From IMG/VR virus record IMGVR_UViG_3300029305_007860: a DNA stretch of 64,000 bases; one strand, given 5' to 3'. The position numbers and the translations under genes are program-made. Shown in pieces: positions 49,261-59,979 of the stretch (positions are counted from its first letter, which is position 1; every line of letters begins with the position of its first letter). The stretch comes from an uncultured virus (IMG/VR IMGVR_UViG_3300029305_007860) (lineage: Duplodnaviria > Heunggongvirae > Uroviricota > Caudoviricetes). The notes under the pieces were generated by a model. That model saw nothing but the letters and a program-made list of their open reading frames with translations. It was not told the origin of the DNA and did not search any database.

Positions 49261-50400
49261 TTATTGTGTTATATCTATTAACGCTGTATCTCCATATAGT
49301 AATAACACATCCATATTTTTTCTCATTTCTTCATATTTCAAAGATTTTCCTTCATTTGTATAAGCTTCTTTATTAACAAGCAATAAATGATTAACAGCAT
49401 CTGCGTCCTCAATATAATTAGTCATTTGTTTTATAAATTCATCTTTGCTTATTATTCCGGAATTATACTTATTTACAAGTTGTATTTCAGAAGATAAAAT
49501 ACTTCCTGTATTACTATCAATATACAAAGTAAGCTCATCAATATTTGCAAATCTGCCTGTATAACTTGTCTCAGATAATTCATAAGACACTTGCTTTTCT
49601 GCTTCTTTATAAAGGTCCTCATCAATATTTATTTCAATACTCTCTGAAGACAAATCATTTTCTTCTAAATTCTTTCCTCTTCCAGATGTGGTGATAACCG
49701 GTATTACAAATACTAAAAACACCATAACTATAAAAATTGCCGGGGTCTTAAAAAACTTTATTTTCTCTTTCAATAAATTCGTATTTATAACTAGAATTTT
49801 ATTCTGAAGTTCTTTTTGTGTATTCTCACTATTATCAGTATTATACATAGACTCAATAGTTTCTAAAACTTCTTTATCAGCACTGCTGTAATTAGTTCTT
49901 TCTTCAGTCTCTTCAAGAGACTCATAATACGCTTCATCTATGTATTCTGTATCATCATTATACTCTTCATATTCATAATACATATTTCTAAGATATGTTT
50001 CTTCTTCGAAACTCATATCATATTCTGTTTTTCTACATTCAACTGTTTTATCAGGACCGTCTTTTTGTTCAGTCTTTTCAATCTTTTCTTTTTTCTTATT
50101 TTGATTATTTATTTCTTTAATGTTATTAAATTCCGGTACCACTTCCTTTACCGGAATATTTTCTTTTTGAACCTGTTTTTCTTTATATGACTTCACTCCT
50201 ACATTTTCAAACATTTTATCAATATTTTCATTAATCGCAACCTTTGTTTTAGATTGTGAATTTGTTGGTTCTGCTTCCTTTTCTGAAAAATCCAAAAAAT
50301 CTCTATTTTCAGAATACTCATAGTCAGGCTCCTCATCATAATTCGGTTCTTCCATTTCAAAAGGGCATTCATCCATATCATCAAAATCCATTTTTCTCAC
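49261..50400 (-). CDS. Acidic single-TM hypothetical protein
   Basis: Long Glu-rich N-terminus, TM at ~aa 220; GTG start with AGGAG RBS. Confidence 0.7.
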   Translation of the reverse strand: MRKMDFDDMDECPFEMEEPNYDEEPDYEYSENRDFLDFSEKEAEPTNSQSKTKVAINENIDKMFENVGVKSYKEKQVQKENIPVKEVVPEFNNIKEINNQNKKKEKIEKTEQKDGPDKTVECRKTEYDMSFEEETYLRNMYYEYEEYNDDTEYIDEAYYESLEETEERTNYSSADKEVLETIESMYNTDNSENTQKELQNKILVINTNLLKEKIKFFKTPAIFIVMVFLVFVIPVITTSGRGKNLEENDLSSESIEINIDEDLYKEAEKQVSYELSETSYTGRFANIDELTLYIDSNTGSILSSEIQLVNKYNSGIISKDEFIKQMTNYIEDADAVNHLLLVNKEAYTNEGKSLKYEEMRKNMDVLLLYGDTALIDITQ

Positions 50401-50435
50401 CTCCTACTATCATTATAGTATAACGAGAACTACAA

Positions 50436-50816
50436 TTATTGATTAACGGAAGCTACGCTTCCAAAATAAGATTGATTGTTCGCATCAATAATATGTATTC
50501 CTTCCTTTGTAACGTCTGTAATCATTGCTACCGGTACTAAACTTCCGTCACTTGTCGTTACATTATATCCTTGTTGAATAATCTGACCATTAAAAAATGT
50601 GTTCTGTATATAAACAGGAACCGGGATATCTTTATATATTGAATTTTTGGTTTCTACCGTCAAGAATATATATCCTTCGTTATATGACACACATAATATC
50701 CTTTTTATATAAGTTTGAGCTTTCTGGTTTGACATAAGTGTTATTACTGCTTTTTTATTAACACTTACTGGCAAATCAATAGCTAGTGCTTTTTTAATTT
50801 CTGCCATCTCGTTCAC
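50436..50816 (-). CDS. Hypothetical protein
   Basis: 126-aa ORF. Confidence 0.6.
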   Translation of the reverse strand: MNEMAEIKKALAIDLPVSVNKKAVITLMSNQKAQTYIKRILCVSYNEGYIFLTVETKNSIYKDIPVPVYIQNTFFNGQIIQQGYNVTTSDGSLVPVAMITDVTKEGIHIIDANNQSYFGSVASVNQ

Positions 50817-50974
50817 TTCCTTTCGTATTTTAATATTATCATTTACTATTATTTTTTACAATGTTTTTTATTATACAATATTATAATATCATATAGTATA
50901 ACATATTATCATATAATATATATTATATTACAAAAAAAAGAGCTGTTTAAACGATTACAGCTCTTTCTACCATG

Positions 50975-51442
50975 TCACTCACAATTATTTGCAAGAATTC
51001 TAAACAGTTGAGAAAACGTCAAATCATGTCTTTCTGCTGTTTCGACGAAATTATTATATTCATCCTCAGGCATTCGAATAGTAATATACTTAGACACAAC
51101 TCCTTCTCCTCTTTTGTGTCTCTTTGGTTTTACTACTCCTTCTGAATTGATTTTAAACTTTTTTTCTCCTTCAGGAACAAAACTTTGAACCTGATAACTC
51201 TCTTTCTTCATCCTTTCACGCAATATAGCTTCCTGTTTTGATTTTCTTTCTGCTTCTCTTCTTTCTAATTCACGTTTTTTCTCTCTTTCTTCCTCTTCTT
51301 TTCTTTGTATCTCTCTTCTTTCCTCTTCTTTTCTTTCTGCCTCTCTTTGCTCCATCTCTTTGTATCTTTCAAACTCTTCTTTTTCTGCTCTTTCGTCATC
51401 TGCCAAAAGACTTCTTAATTTACTTGCAGTATCTCTCTTCAT
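50975..51442 (-). CDS. Putative type Ib partition adaptor (coiled coil + C-terminal RHH)
   Basis: E/R/K-rich helix then SKYITIRMPEDEY...TFSQLFR; directly after parA. Confidence 0.7.
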   Translation of the reverse strand: MKRDTASKLRSLLADDERAEKEEFERYKEMEQREAERKEEERREIQRKEEEEREKKRELERREAERKSKQEAILRERMKKESYQVQSFVPEGEKKFKINSEGVVKPKRHKRGEGVVSKYITIRMPEDEYNNFVETAERHDLTFSQLFRILANNCE

Positions 51443-51457
51443 CTCATTTTCCTCCTC

Positions 51458-52210
51458 TTATACTCCAAATAACTCTTTAGATAGAGCTCTGTACGAATCA
51501 GCTCCCTTACTCACAGGTTCATAATCCGTAATTCCGGTCCTCGAAAGAACCGCTTCTGCTATTTTTATATTCCTTACTATTTTTGTTTGAGCTACAGGAA
51601 CCCCATACGATATACTCAAACTTCTTATTTTCTCCTCAACAATCTCTCTCAAAAGCGTTCTTCTGGTTTCGTAATTATTGTAGACTAAAGCTTTTACATC
51701 AATATCGCTGTACTCTTTAACCCCTTTATATGTATCCAGAATTCCCTTAACAGAATCTATTGTCTTTCCTTCTGCTGTTATAGGTATTATCACTTCCTTT
51801 GAAAGCCCTAAAGCTACTATATGAAGGGTTGACGGAGTAGGACTTGTGTCTATAAACACATAATCATATTCTTTCTCTATTGAATTCATCTTCTTTTTAA
51901 GCTCTGTTTGTCTGACTCCCTTAACCACATCTGCTACAAATATAGAATTTTCATTAGCCGGAACCACCGAAAGATTAGGAGATATTTTTATTATACATTC
52001 CTTTAAATCTATTCCTTCTTCCAAAACCTCATACATTCCCGGCTTATATTCAGTACACTTTATTCCTGCATAAGAAGTTAAATTTCCTGCCTGATGGTCC
52101 CAGTCTAATATTAGTATTTTCTTCCCTTGCGAAGCTAAATACCACGCCAGATTAAAACATAAAGACGTTTTTCCGACTCCTCCCTGTTCTGCCATAAAAC
52201 TTATTACCAT
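51458..52210 (-). CDS. parA: ParA/Soj family ATPase
   Basis: EQGGVGKTS, DWDHQAGN, YDYVFIDTSP. Confidence 0.92.
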   Translation of the reverse strand: MVISFMAEQGGVGKTSLCFNLAWYLASQGKKILILDWDHQAGNLTSYAGIKCTEYKPGMYEVLEEGIDLKECIIKISPNLSVVPANENSIFVADVVKGVRQTELKKKMNSIEKEYDYVFIDTSPTPSTLHIVALGLSKEVIIPITAEGKTIDSVKGILDTYKGVKEYSDIDVKALVYNNYETRRTLLREIVEEKIRSLSISYGVPVAQTKIVRNIKIAEAVLSRTGITDYEPVSKGADSYRALSKELFGV

Positions 52211-52279
52211 TTTTCTTGTTCCTCCTCGTAATCTTTTATTGATATTATCATGTTTGTTTTTTCTGTCCTTTTATTGCAG

Positions 52280-53085
52280 ACATATTTTATATGTTATAAC
52301 ATCATATATTATGTTATATTTTATTCAATATATTATAATATATGATATTATAATTATTTACGCAAATCGAAAATATCATTACTCAATATATAATATTATC
52401 TTATGTTATAATATATTATAATATTACACATTAAAAAAAATTATAATAATATAGTATATTATAATATATTAAAGTGTAATATTATATGTTGTATTATAAT
52501 ATATAATATTGTCATATATTATAATACATGTTAGTATATTATACGATATTATGAGTTATTGTATCATAATATATTTTAACAACAAATAATATCTAATAAT
52601 ATATCATATTATCAAACACATTGCAAGATAATATAATATATTATATTATAATATCATCAACTTAATATATTATTATATACTATAATATATTATCTTATAA
52701 AGTAAGATATAATAATATATTATATCATACTATTATACAATACATTTCTTTATTTATAAAGGAACACCACCAGAATACCTATGAGTTAAAAATTTATATT
52801 ATTATATAATATTATATATTATATTATAATATAAATATTTCAATTAGCATTTTGTATTATATTATCTTATAATATAACATCTTATAATTATTGTATCATA
52901 TTATAAGATATTATATTACTATATGATATTATATACCGTGAATAATTATATTATCACATATTATAATACCTTTTATAAAGTATTTAGTTATAAAAAAAGA
53001 ACTATTACAAAAACACACCAAATCAGCATATCTTTATGATAGTTCCTTTTTTATATTATAATATATTATATGATATTATTATATT
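52280..53085. repeat. Extremely AT-rich non-coding tract of TATTAT/ATAATA repeats
   Basis: Dozens of ATATTATA/TATAATAT-type units upstream of parA. Confidence 0.8.
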
Positions 53086-53105
53086 TTGAAAAAATAAGAA
53101 ATAAA

Positions 53106-55286
53106 TCAATTAATATTTACATCAAACTCTTCAGGCATATCAAATTCAGTAGGAGAGTACTCATCCTTAACTTCCTCATCAATAACTTTGTTTGGCGATT
53201 GTTTATTTTTATTTTCTGACTTTCCCCCGACCACGGATTTTATCACAAAATCTTCTTGTCTTTCCTGTATTTTAGGAGCCACAAACTTCCTGTTTGATAT
53301 ATTAACATTGTTTTCTCTCTTAATTTCTGTAGGAGTTCTTCTAAATTCGTTGATATTTCCTATACTTACGCCTCCTTTGAGACTATTCTGAAACGATTCA
53401 TACATTTTTCTACGTTGTTCCTGCTCGTATTGTTCTGCTTTTTGACTTTTTTCCTGTTGACCAAGATTATATTCAGATGCTATTTGATTCAATTCTTCAT
53501 CAATATCTCTAGGAATAAACGACGCCACGCCATCTCTAGCCATCTGTACCGATTTACCCTTTATTATTTTATATGTAATTTCCGAAAATGGTTTATATAC
53601 AATATCAGCATGTGTATATTTAGATTCAATCACCTCAGCTCTTTGAACACTTTCCATAGGCGGTCTGGCATCTCCGAACAAAGAGGCTTTTTGTTTTGAC
53701 TCCCCAAATCTTTCTTGTATTTTTTTCTCATCTCCAAAAGAGAGAGAGAAGAACTTGGCATCTTCCAAAGACACACCCGGAAAAGCCACAACATTTCTTG
53801 CATTCGAAGTAACAACTTCAAGAAAACTTCTACCTTGTTTACCCGATTCCATTATAATAGATTCTCTTGACTGTGTAGCAAGAATCATACCCACTCTGTA
53901 AGAACGTGCCTGTGCAAATAAATCCGACATGCCCGGAACCAAATACTTCTGGCATTCATCCATATATAGAAAAGACGGATTTCTTGTAAACTCATTTCCC
54001 GGACGTCTAAATATAGCAGACTGCAAAGAGAATATAAGGAAATATCCCAAATAACTTCCTAATTCTCTCAGAATGCCTTGACATGTAGATATTGATATTG
54101 ACTTTCCTTCTGCGAGAATTTTGTCAAAATCAACATCATTAACTCCGTTTTCCGGATTCAATATTCTTCTTAAATATTTATTCTGTATTAATTTAGAAAC
54201 CTGTTGACGTATACCGGAAGCATTCTCATATACTTTACTACGGTCAGCATAATACTCATTCAAAAACCAATCCACTGTATCTTTATTCTGCTTTTCTTCA
54301 GAAGCAGTAAGACAAGGTATCGCAAGTAAATCATTCATATATTGTCTACCTCGGTTTTCTGTGTTATGAAGAATATCCGACAATGTAACCAGTGAAGCGG
54401 TTCTTGACGATATCCCCGTTACAGGGTCTCTATATGCTTCCTCTATTCTTTTTAATACCATTACCGACCTTCTTACAAGGTTATCAGAAATATCTTTAAA
54501 ATACGTAGCCGAATCAGGAGAGAGCATTATAAATACCGTTGTTAAATTTTCTATTACTTCGTCTTCTTTACCATGGAGAGGATTAAATCGAGGACAATCC
54601 GGGTCTATTGGATTAAAATACAATACATCACGTTTATATTTTACTCCCATCGCATACGCTTTTTCCGCCAAATCACCCTTAGGCTCTATTACAATAACGC
54701 TATTTCCATGCATTATATCCTGCAAAATCATAGGATTTAATATTTGAGACGATTTACCGCACCCCGTAGGTCCTATACAGATAAAATGCACATATCTTGA
54801 GTCCGCCTCTAAAATCACATCCTTCCCGGTATCCTTATCCTTGCACAACACAATATCATAATTTGATTCCTGCTTTTTTTCTCCCCGAAACAACCATTGT
54901 ACGTTTATTTTATCTACAAATTCTTGTTTCTTTGCATTATCCGAGAATAACAGATACATCATCACCATCAGAATTATTAACCCCAACATTATATCAATAG
55001 CATTTATCACATTAAGTTTTAATTTTTCTTCAACCAACAATGTTAAATAATGCGGTACCGATATCGAAAAAGAAACAACCCCCATTCTACACAAGGTAAA
55101 TGTCCTCGTTTTCGATTTTGTATAATCCTTATAAACCAAGAACATCACCAAATAAAAGAATATCAGCCCTATGTAATATATCAAATTAACTCTCCCCGGG
55201 GCAACACACAAGTACATGTACGCCATTATTATCACGTAATGACTCATCTCATATATATAACATGTATTTTTTATAAATTTTTCCAT
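53106..55286 (-). CDS. VirD4/TraG-like type IV coupling ATPase
   Basis: N-terminal TMs, GPTGCGKS, IEPKGDL, FNPL, MDECQ, QARSY, ILATQS. Confidence 0.88.
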   Translation of the reverse strand: MEKFIKNTCYIYEMSHYVIIMAYMYLCVAPGRVNLIYYIGLIFFYLVMFLVYKDYTKSKTRTFTLCRMGVVSFSISVPHYLTLLVEEKLKLNVINAIDIMLGLIILMVMMYLLFSDNAKKQEFVDKINVQWLFRGEKKQESNYDIVLCKDKDTGKDVILEADSRYVHFICIGPTGCGKSSQILNPMILQDIMHGNSVIVIEPKGDLAEKAYAMGVKYKRDVLYFNPIDPDCPRFNPLHGKEDEVIENLTTVFIMLSPDSATYFKDISDNLVRRSVMVLKRIEEAYRDPVTGISSRTASLVTLSDILHNTENRGRQYMNDLLAIPCLTASEEKQNKDTVDWFLNEYYADRSKVYENASGIRQQVSKLIQNKYLRRILNPENGVNDVDFDKILAEGKSISISTCQGILRELGSYLGYFLIFSLQSAIFRRPGNEFTRNPSFLYMDECQKYLVPGMSDLFAQARSYRVGMILATQSRESIIMESGKQGRSFLEVVTSNARNVVAFPGVSLEDAKFFSLSFGDEKKIQERFGESKQKASLFGDARPPMESVQRAEVIESKYTHADIVYKPFSEITYKIIKGKSVQMARDGVASFIPRDIDEELNQIASEYNLGQQEKSQKAEQYEQEQRRKMYESFQNSLKGGVSIGNINEFRRTPTEIKRENNVNISNRKFVAPKIQERQEDFVIKSVVGGKSENKNKQSPNKVIDEEVKDEYSPTEFDMPEEFDVNIN

Positions 55287-55540
55287 AATATCCTCCTTAT
55301 CCGTATTTCTTTTTACTATTCAATTTGTTTTTTACTATTTTTATGTATTTTATATTTGTTAATTATGATATTATATTTATAAATCATTTACAAGGATAAA
55401 ATATACAATAACGCTTAATATTATTGCGTTTTTATGATTGATATAATATATTATCATACATTATCATATATTATTGTATATTACACCATTTCCTCTTCTT
55501 GCTCGTTTTAAATAAATTCACCTCGTTAATTTAGCACTAT

Positions 55541-55615
55541 CGTTTTACTATTATGTATTTATTTGATTAACCAAGTAGGAAAAGGGAACCTATATAATAA
55601 AAGTAAAAAAGGAGG
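55541..55615 (+). promoter_or_regulatory. Conserved leader copy 5
   Basis: CGTTTTACTATTATGTA at 55541-57; stem GTAGG/CCTAT, loop AAAAGGGAA at 55575-93. Confidence 0.8.
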
Positions 55616-55621
55616 GATAAT

Positions 55622-58600
55622 ATGGTTATATCAGTAAAAAACAAATTGAATAAAGGAGATATATTACCTATTTCGGTAACAGATAATCATGTGTATCTTT
55701 CATCACCTAATTCGGGGAATAAATTAGATATAACCAATCTCATCGGAGAGGAGTTAAACTATTTATTACACGTTGGAAGAGCAGTAGCAGTAGTAAAAGA
55801 CGAAAACAGTATGCATGTATCTTACTGCTGTAACTATCACGTGCATAGTAATTACAGTTTACTGGATGGAATGAGCAGAGTATCAGAAATCGCAGATAAA
55901 TCCAGCGGTATATCTGCCATAACAGACCACGGTAACTGTTTTGCTATTTTAAAATGGCAAAAAGCTATGAAAAAAGCAGGGAAAAGAGCAATATTCGGAT
56001 TTGAAGCATATATGGAAGACATATTAACCAAAGAAAAAAATGGGTCTCATGGACTATTTCTGGTTAAAAACGAATGCGGATTAAAGAACTTATTCAAGCT
56101 TTGTTCCATAGCATATAATGATGAAAATTATTATTACAAACCACATGTTACTTCAGAGATGTTGTTAAAATATCACGAAGGACTAATATTTACTTCTGCA
56201 TGTATCGGAGGAGAACTTTCTAAAACCATTCTCACCAATTATGAAAAAGCCAAAGAAATTGCATTGTTTTATAAAAATCTTTTTAAAGATGATTATTACA
56301 TAGAAATTCAAAGGCATAATTTTGATGATGAATTTAAAGCAAATCCTCTTTTAATCAAGCTTGCTAATGAATTAAACATAAAAGTAGTAGGAGCAAATGA
56401 CAGCCATTTTATAAACGATAGTGATGTAGAAGAGCACAAAAAACTACTTGCTTTATCATACGGTAAACTTGTATCTGAAATTACCGGATTCACAGGAACC
56501 GGATATCATTACAAAACAGACAAAGAAATGGTAGAAGATTTTTATGATATACCTGAAGCAATATCGAACACTCTTGAAATTGCAGAAAAATGTAACTGTG
56601 TTTTAAAAACAGGAGAGTATCATATGCCAAGTTTTCCTATTCCTGACGGTTTCAAAGATGACAACGAATATCTGTCTTATCTTATAGACAAGGGATTTAA
56701 GGAACGATTCATTAATACTCCTTACCTCAATTCCCCTGAATATCTAGAGAGACTAGCTTACGAGAAATCAGTAGTACTTTCTATGGGTTTTTCTTCTTAT
56801 TTCCTTATAGTTCACGATTATGTGAATTATGCAAAAGAAAAGGGAATATTAGTTGGTCCGGGAAGAGGTAGCGGAGCCGGAAGTCTTTGCCTGTATTCTC
56901 TTAAGATTACCGATTTAGACCCTATAAAATATGGGTTGAAATTCGAAAGATTTCTTAATCCTGACAGAATTACAATGCCTGATATAGATATAGATTTCGA
57001 AGACGAAAGAAGAGAAGAGGTAATCGAATATGTCCGTTCAAAATACGGCAACGAACACGTCTGCAATATAATAACATTTGGTACAATGCAAGCAAAATTA
57101 GCTATTAAAGACCTCAGTCGAGTAACAGGAGAAGACGTTAGCTTTTCAAACAATATAACCAAAAAACTTAATCCTAAAGCCGAAACCCTAAAAGAAAGTC
57201 TTGAAGGAGAACTTGCAAGTTCGGAACTTATTGATTTGATTAACTCAAATCAAAAGGTCAAAGGCATAATTAACAGTGCTCTAAAACTTGAAGCAAACCC
57301 AAGACAGACTTCTACTCATGCTTGTGGAATAGTAATATCTGACAGCCCTATTTATAATCATCTGCCTACAGCCATGATAAAAAAAGAGAAAAACTCAGAC
57401 AAAAAACTTCTTACATCACAAGTAACCATGACAGAAGTAGAAGAGTTAGGACTTCTTAAAGCAGATTTTCTTGGATTAAAGACTCTTAATGTTATAGGAC
57501 GTTCATTAAATATCATAAATACGCTAAGAAAAAACAAAGGTCTTGATGTTTTCAAAAGTTATTTAGATATTCCTCTAAATGACCCATATGTATATGCCGA
57601 CATCTCAAACGGTAAGACTTTTGCAGTATTTCAGCTTGATAAAGAAGGAATGAGGAACTTCATGAAAGAGATTTTTGCCGACGTTAACGATAAAATATCT
57701 TTAATAGAGCAAAAATATTCCTTATCAGGATATTCAAACATCACAGGAAACGGAACCAATACAGACGGATATATAAAAGAAATGTCTTCCTTAGGTGATG
57801 ATTTATTCGAAAGATTAATTGCCGGCGTTTCTCTTTACCGTCCGGGTCCTATGGATTACATCCCGGAATATCTTAAAAACATGAATAATCCTGAAGATAT
57901 CAAATATGATACTCCAGCATTAGAGCCTATCCTTAAAAATACTTACTCTGTAATAGTATATCAGGAACAGGTAATGGATATAGTAAGAGCTTTAGCCGGA
58001 TTTACAGCCGGACAAAGCGATACCATACGTAAAGCCATGGGAAAAAAGGTAGAATCCATACTTGAAGAATATAAACCTCTCTTCATAAAAGGTTGTGTTT
58101 CAAACGGTATATCAGAAGACACAGCTATAGAAATATGGTGTAAAATGTCGGATTTTGCTAAATATGCATTTAACAAATCCCATGCCGCCGCTTACAGTGT
58201 CATCACCTTTGTTTGTGCTTGGATTAAATACTATTATCCATCTGTATATATGGCTTCAGTGCTTAATGTATATGCCGATAACAACGAAAAACTCAGAGGT
58301 TATGTATCATGTACTAAATCTATGGGGATAAACATTATTCCTCCAGATATTAATTTATCAGGTGATACCTTCTTAACTAACGGAACAGATATTTTGTTCG
58401 GTCTTAAAGGGTTAAAAGGGTTAAAAAAACTGACTAAAGTAATTATAGAGGAACGTAAAAACGGTAAATTCGAGTCTGTACAAGATTTTGTATCTCGTAC
58501 ATATCCATTAAAAGTTGCAAAACTGGCTTATGAATCACTCGTTTATTCAGGAGCTTTCGACCAGTTCAACCATTCCAGAAAAGCCTTAATAGAATGTTCA

Positions 58601-59359
58601 GACAAGTTGATGGAAGCAGGCAAAAAGATTGTTTCAAACATAAAAAAAGAATCCGAAAATCAGTTATCGTTTTTTGATGTAATAGGTGTCCAACCAAACA
58701 CTATTTGTCTTGATATACCCGAAACGAAAGAGTATTCAGACAGAGAAAAGCTAGAATCCGAATTGGATATTGCCGGTATATATATATCTGCACATCCTTT
58801 AGATAATTATTCCAAAAAACTTTCAGATATAGGAGTAAGCGAAATAGCATTTATAAAAGATGATAACGACTCAGTTGTAGAAGGAAAATATACTTTTGCA
58901 GGAACTATCACCGATGTAAAAGAATTTATCACTAAAAAAGGAGATAAAATGGCTACTTTTACATTAGCAGATACCGGAAGCAATATTAAGTGTACTGTAT
59001 TTCCAAATGATTATGAAACTGCCAAGGAATACATTAATAACCCTAAGTCTTTAGTAGTAGTTAAAGGCATTGTGGAAAATAATGATACTTACGGAACTCA
59101 GTTATTAGTCAATACTATTATTGATATCGACAAAGTTCCTGATAACACAGCCTATTCTAAGGTATTTGTCAAGGTTGATGATATCGAATCCGAAAGCCAC
59201 AACTTAGACAAAATTTTATGTATCCACAAAGGAAACATCCCTGTAACAGTTCAGTCAAACGGAAAATTATATACTATGAACACTTCTGTAACCCCGACAA
59301 GTTCGCTTTTTATGTCTTTGTCAAACAAATTCGGATACGAAAACGTAAAATTTTCTTAA
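55622..59359 (+). CDS. dnaE: DNA polymerase III alpha subunit
   Basis: PHP HVHSNYSLLDG/TDHG, GPGRGSGAGSL, PDIDIDF, KADFLGL, YAFNKSHA, C-terminal OB fold. Confidence 0.96.
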   Translation: MVISVKNKLNKGDILPISVTDNHVYLSSPNSGNKLDITNLIGEELNYLLHVGRAVAVVKDENSMHVSYCCNYHVHSNYSLLDGMSRVSEIADKSSGISAITDHGNCFAILKWQKAMKKAGKRAIFGFEAYMEDILTKEKNGSHGLFLVKNECGLKNLFKLCSIAYNDENYYYKPHVTSEMLLKYHEGLIFTSACIGGELSKTILTNYEKAKEIALFYKNLFKDDYYIEIQRHNFDDEFKANPLLIKLANELNIKVVGANDSHFINDSDVEEHKKLLALSYGKLVSEITGFTGTGYHYKTDKEMVEDFYDIPEAISNTLEIAEKCNCVLKTGEYHMPSFPIPDGFKDDNEYLSYLIDKGFKERFINTPYLNSPEYLERLAYEKSVVLSMGFSSYFLIVHDYVNYAKEKGILVGPGRGSGAGSLCLYSLKITDLDPIKYGLKFERFLNPDRITMPDIDIDFEDERREEVIEYVRSKYGNEHVCNIITFGTMQAKLAIKDLSRVTGEDVSFSNNITKKLNPKAETLKESLEGELASSELIDLINSNQKVKGIINSALKLEANPRQTSTHACGIVISDSPIYNHLPTAMIKKEKNSDKKLLTSQVTMTEVEELGLLKADFLGLKTLNVIGRSLNIINTLRKNKGLDVFKSYLDIPLNDPYVYADISNGKTFAVFQLDKEGMRNFMKEIFADVNDKISLIEQKYSLSGYSNITGNGTNTDGYIKEMSSLGDDLFERLIAGVSLYRPGPMDYIPEYLKNMNNPEDIKYDTPALEPILKNTYSVIVYQEQVMDIVRALAGFTAGQSDTIRKAMGKKVESILEEYKPLFIKGCVSNGISEDTAIEIWCKMSDFAKYAFNKSHAAAYSVITFVCAWIKYYYPSVYMASVLNVYADNNEKLRGYVSCTKSMGINIIPPDINLSGDTFLTNGTDILFGLKGLKGLKKLTKVIIEERKNGKFESVQDFVSRTYPLKVAKLAYESLVYSGAFDQFNHSRKALIECSDKLMEAGKKIVSNIKKESENQLSFFDVIGVQPNTICLDIPETKEYSDREKLESELDIAGIYISAHPLDNYSKKLSDIGVSEIAFIKDDNDSVVEGKYTFAGTITDVKEFITKKGDKMATFTLADTGSNIKCTVFPNDYETAKEYINNPKSLVVVKGIVENNDTYGTQLLVNTIIDIDKVPDNTAYSKVFVKVDDIESESHNLDKILCIHKGNIPVTVQSNGKLYTMNTSVTPTSSLFMSLSNKFGYENVKFS

Positions 59360-59422
59360 CAGGTAATATATCGGCAGTAATTATCTACTGCCGATTTCTT
59401 TATGAAAGGAGTGATATAATCT

Positions 59423-59827
59423 ATGATAAAACCTTTAATCATATTTATACTTACGTGTCTTGTTTTAAGCCTCATTAAGGCACTTCCAGACATCATTTGG
59501 TCATTTACCTATCTATTATCATTAAAAAGGCTAAATAAGGGCAATAACAGCCTTTATGCACCATCTGATGATTCCAGTGGAGAAACTTATCATAACACCC
59601 CGGATATGGCTAATACCATTTTAAAAGATGAACCTTTATATGTATACCCTTCATCGTCCGAGGTTCCGGCTCCATATATTTTTACGGAAGAAGAAGAGGA
59701 AGAATTATTAAAACAAATACCTTCTGATGATGACGATATAGAATTTCGTGACGATTTAGATTTAATCATTCAAGACATCGCAGAAAGAGAAGAATTTGAT
59801 AAGACCTTCAGCGAAATTTTCGCTTAA
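59423..59827 (+). CDS. Hypothetical membrane-anchored acidic protein
   Basis: N-terminal hydrophobic helix, AAGGAG RBS. Confidence 0.65.
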   Translation: MIKPLIIFILTCLVLSLIKALPDIIWSFTYLLSLKRLNKGNNSLYAPSDDSSGETYHNTPDMANTILKDEPLYVYPSSSEVPAPYIFTEEEEEELLKQIPSDDDDIEFRDDLDLIIQDIAEREEFDKTFSEIFA

Positions 59828-59906
59828 TTTCAAGACACTCTTTAAAAATAAAGCTATTTCCCCTTATAGGAGATAGCTTTATTTTTATATTCCCTACATA
59901 TTTTAT

Positions 59907-59971
59907 CGTTTTACTATTGTGTAACTATTTTATTAACCAACAGGAAAAGGTAGCCTGTCAAAAAAAAGGAG
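59907..59971 (+). promoter_or_regulatory. Conserved leader copy 6
   Basis: CGTTTTACTATTGTGTA at 59907-23; stem ACAGG/CCTGT, loop AAAAGGTAG at 59940-58. Confidence 0.8.
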
Positions 59972-59979
59972 TGTATATT

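Noticed and set aside
52239..52421. 60-aa ORF in the AT-rich tract
   Set aside because: Ile/Tyr-rich translation of low-complexity DNA, no RBS
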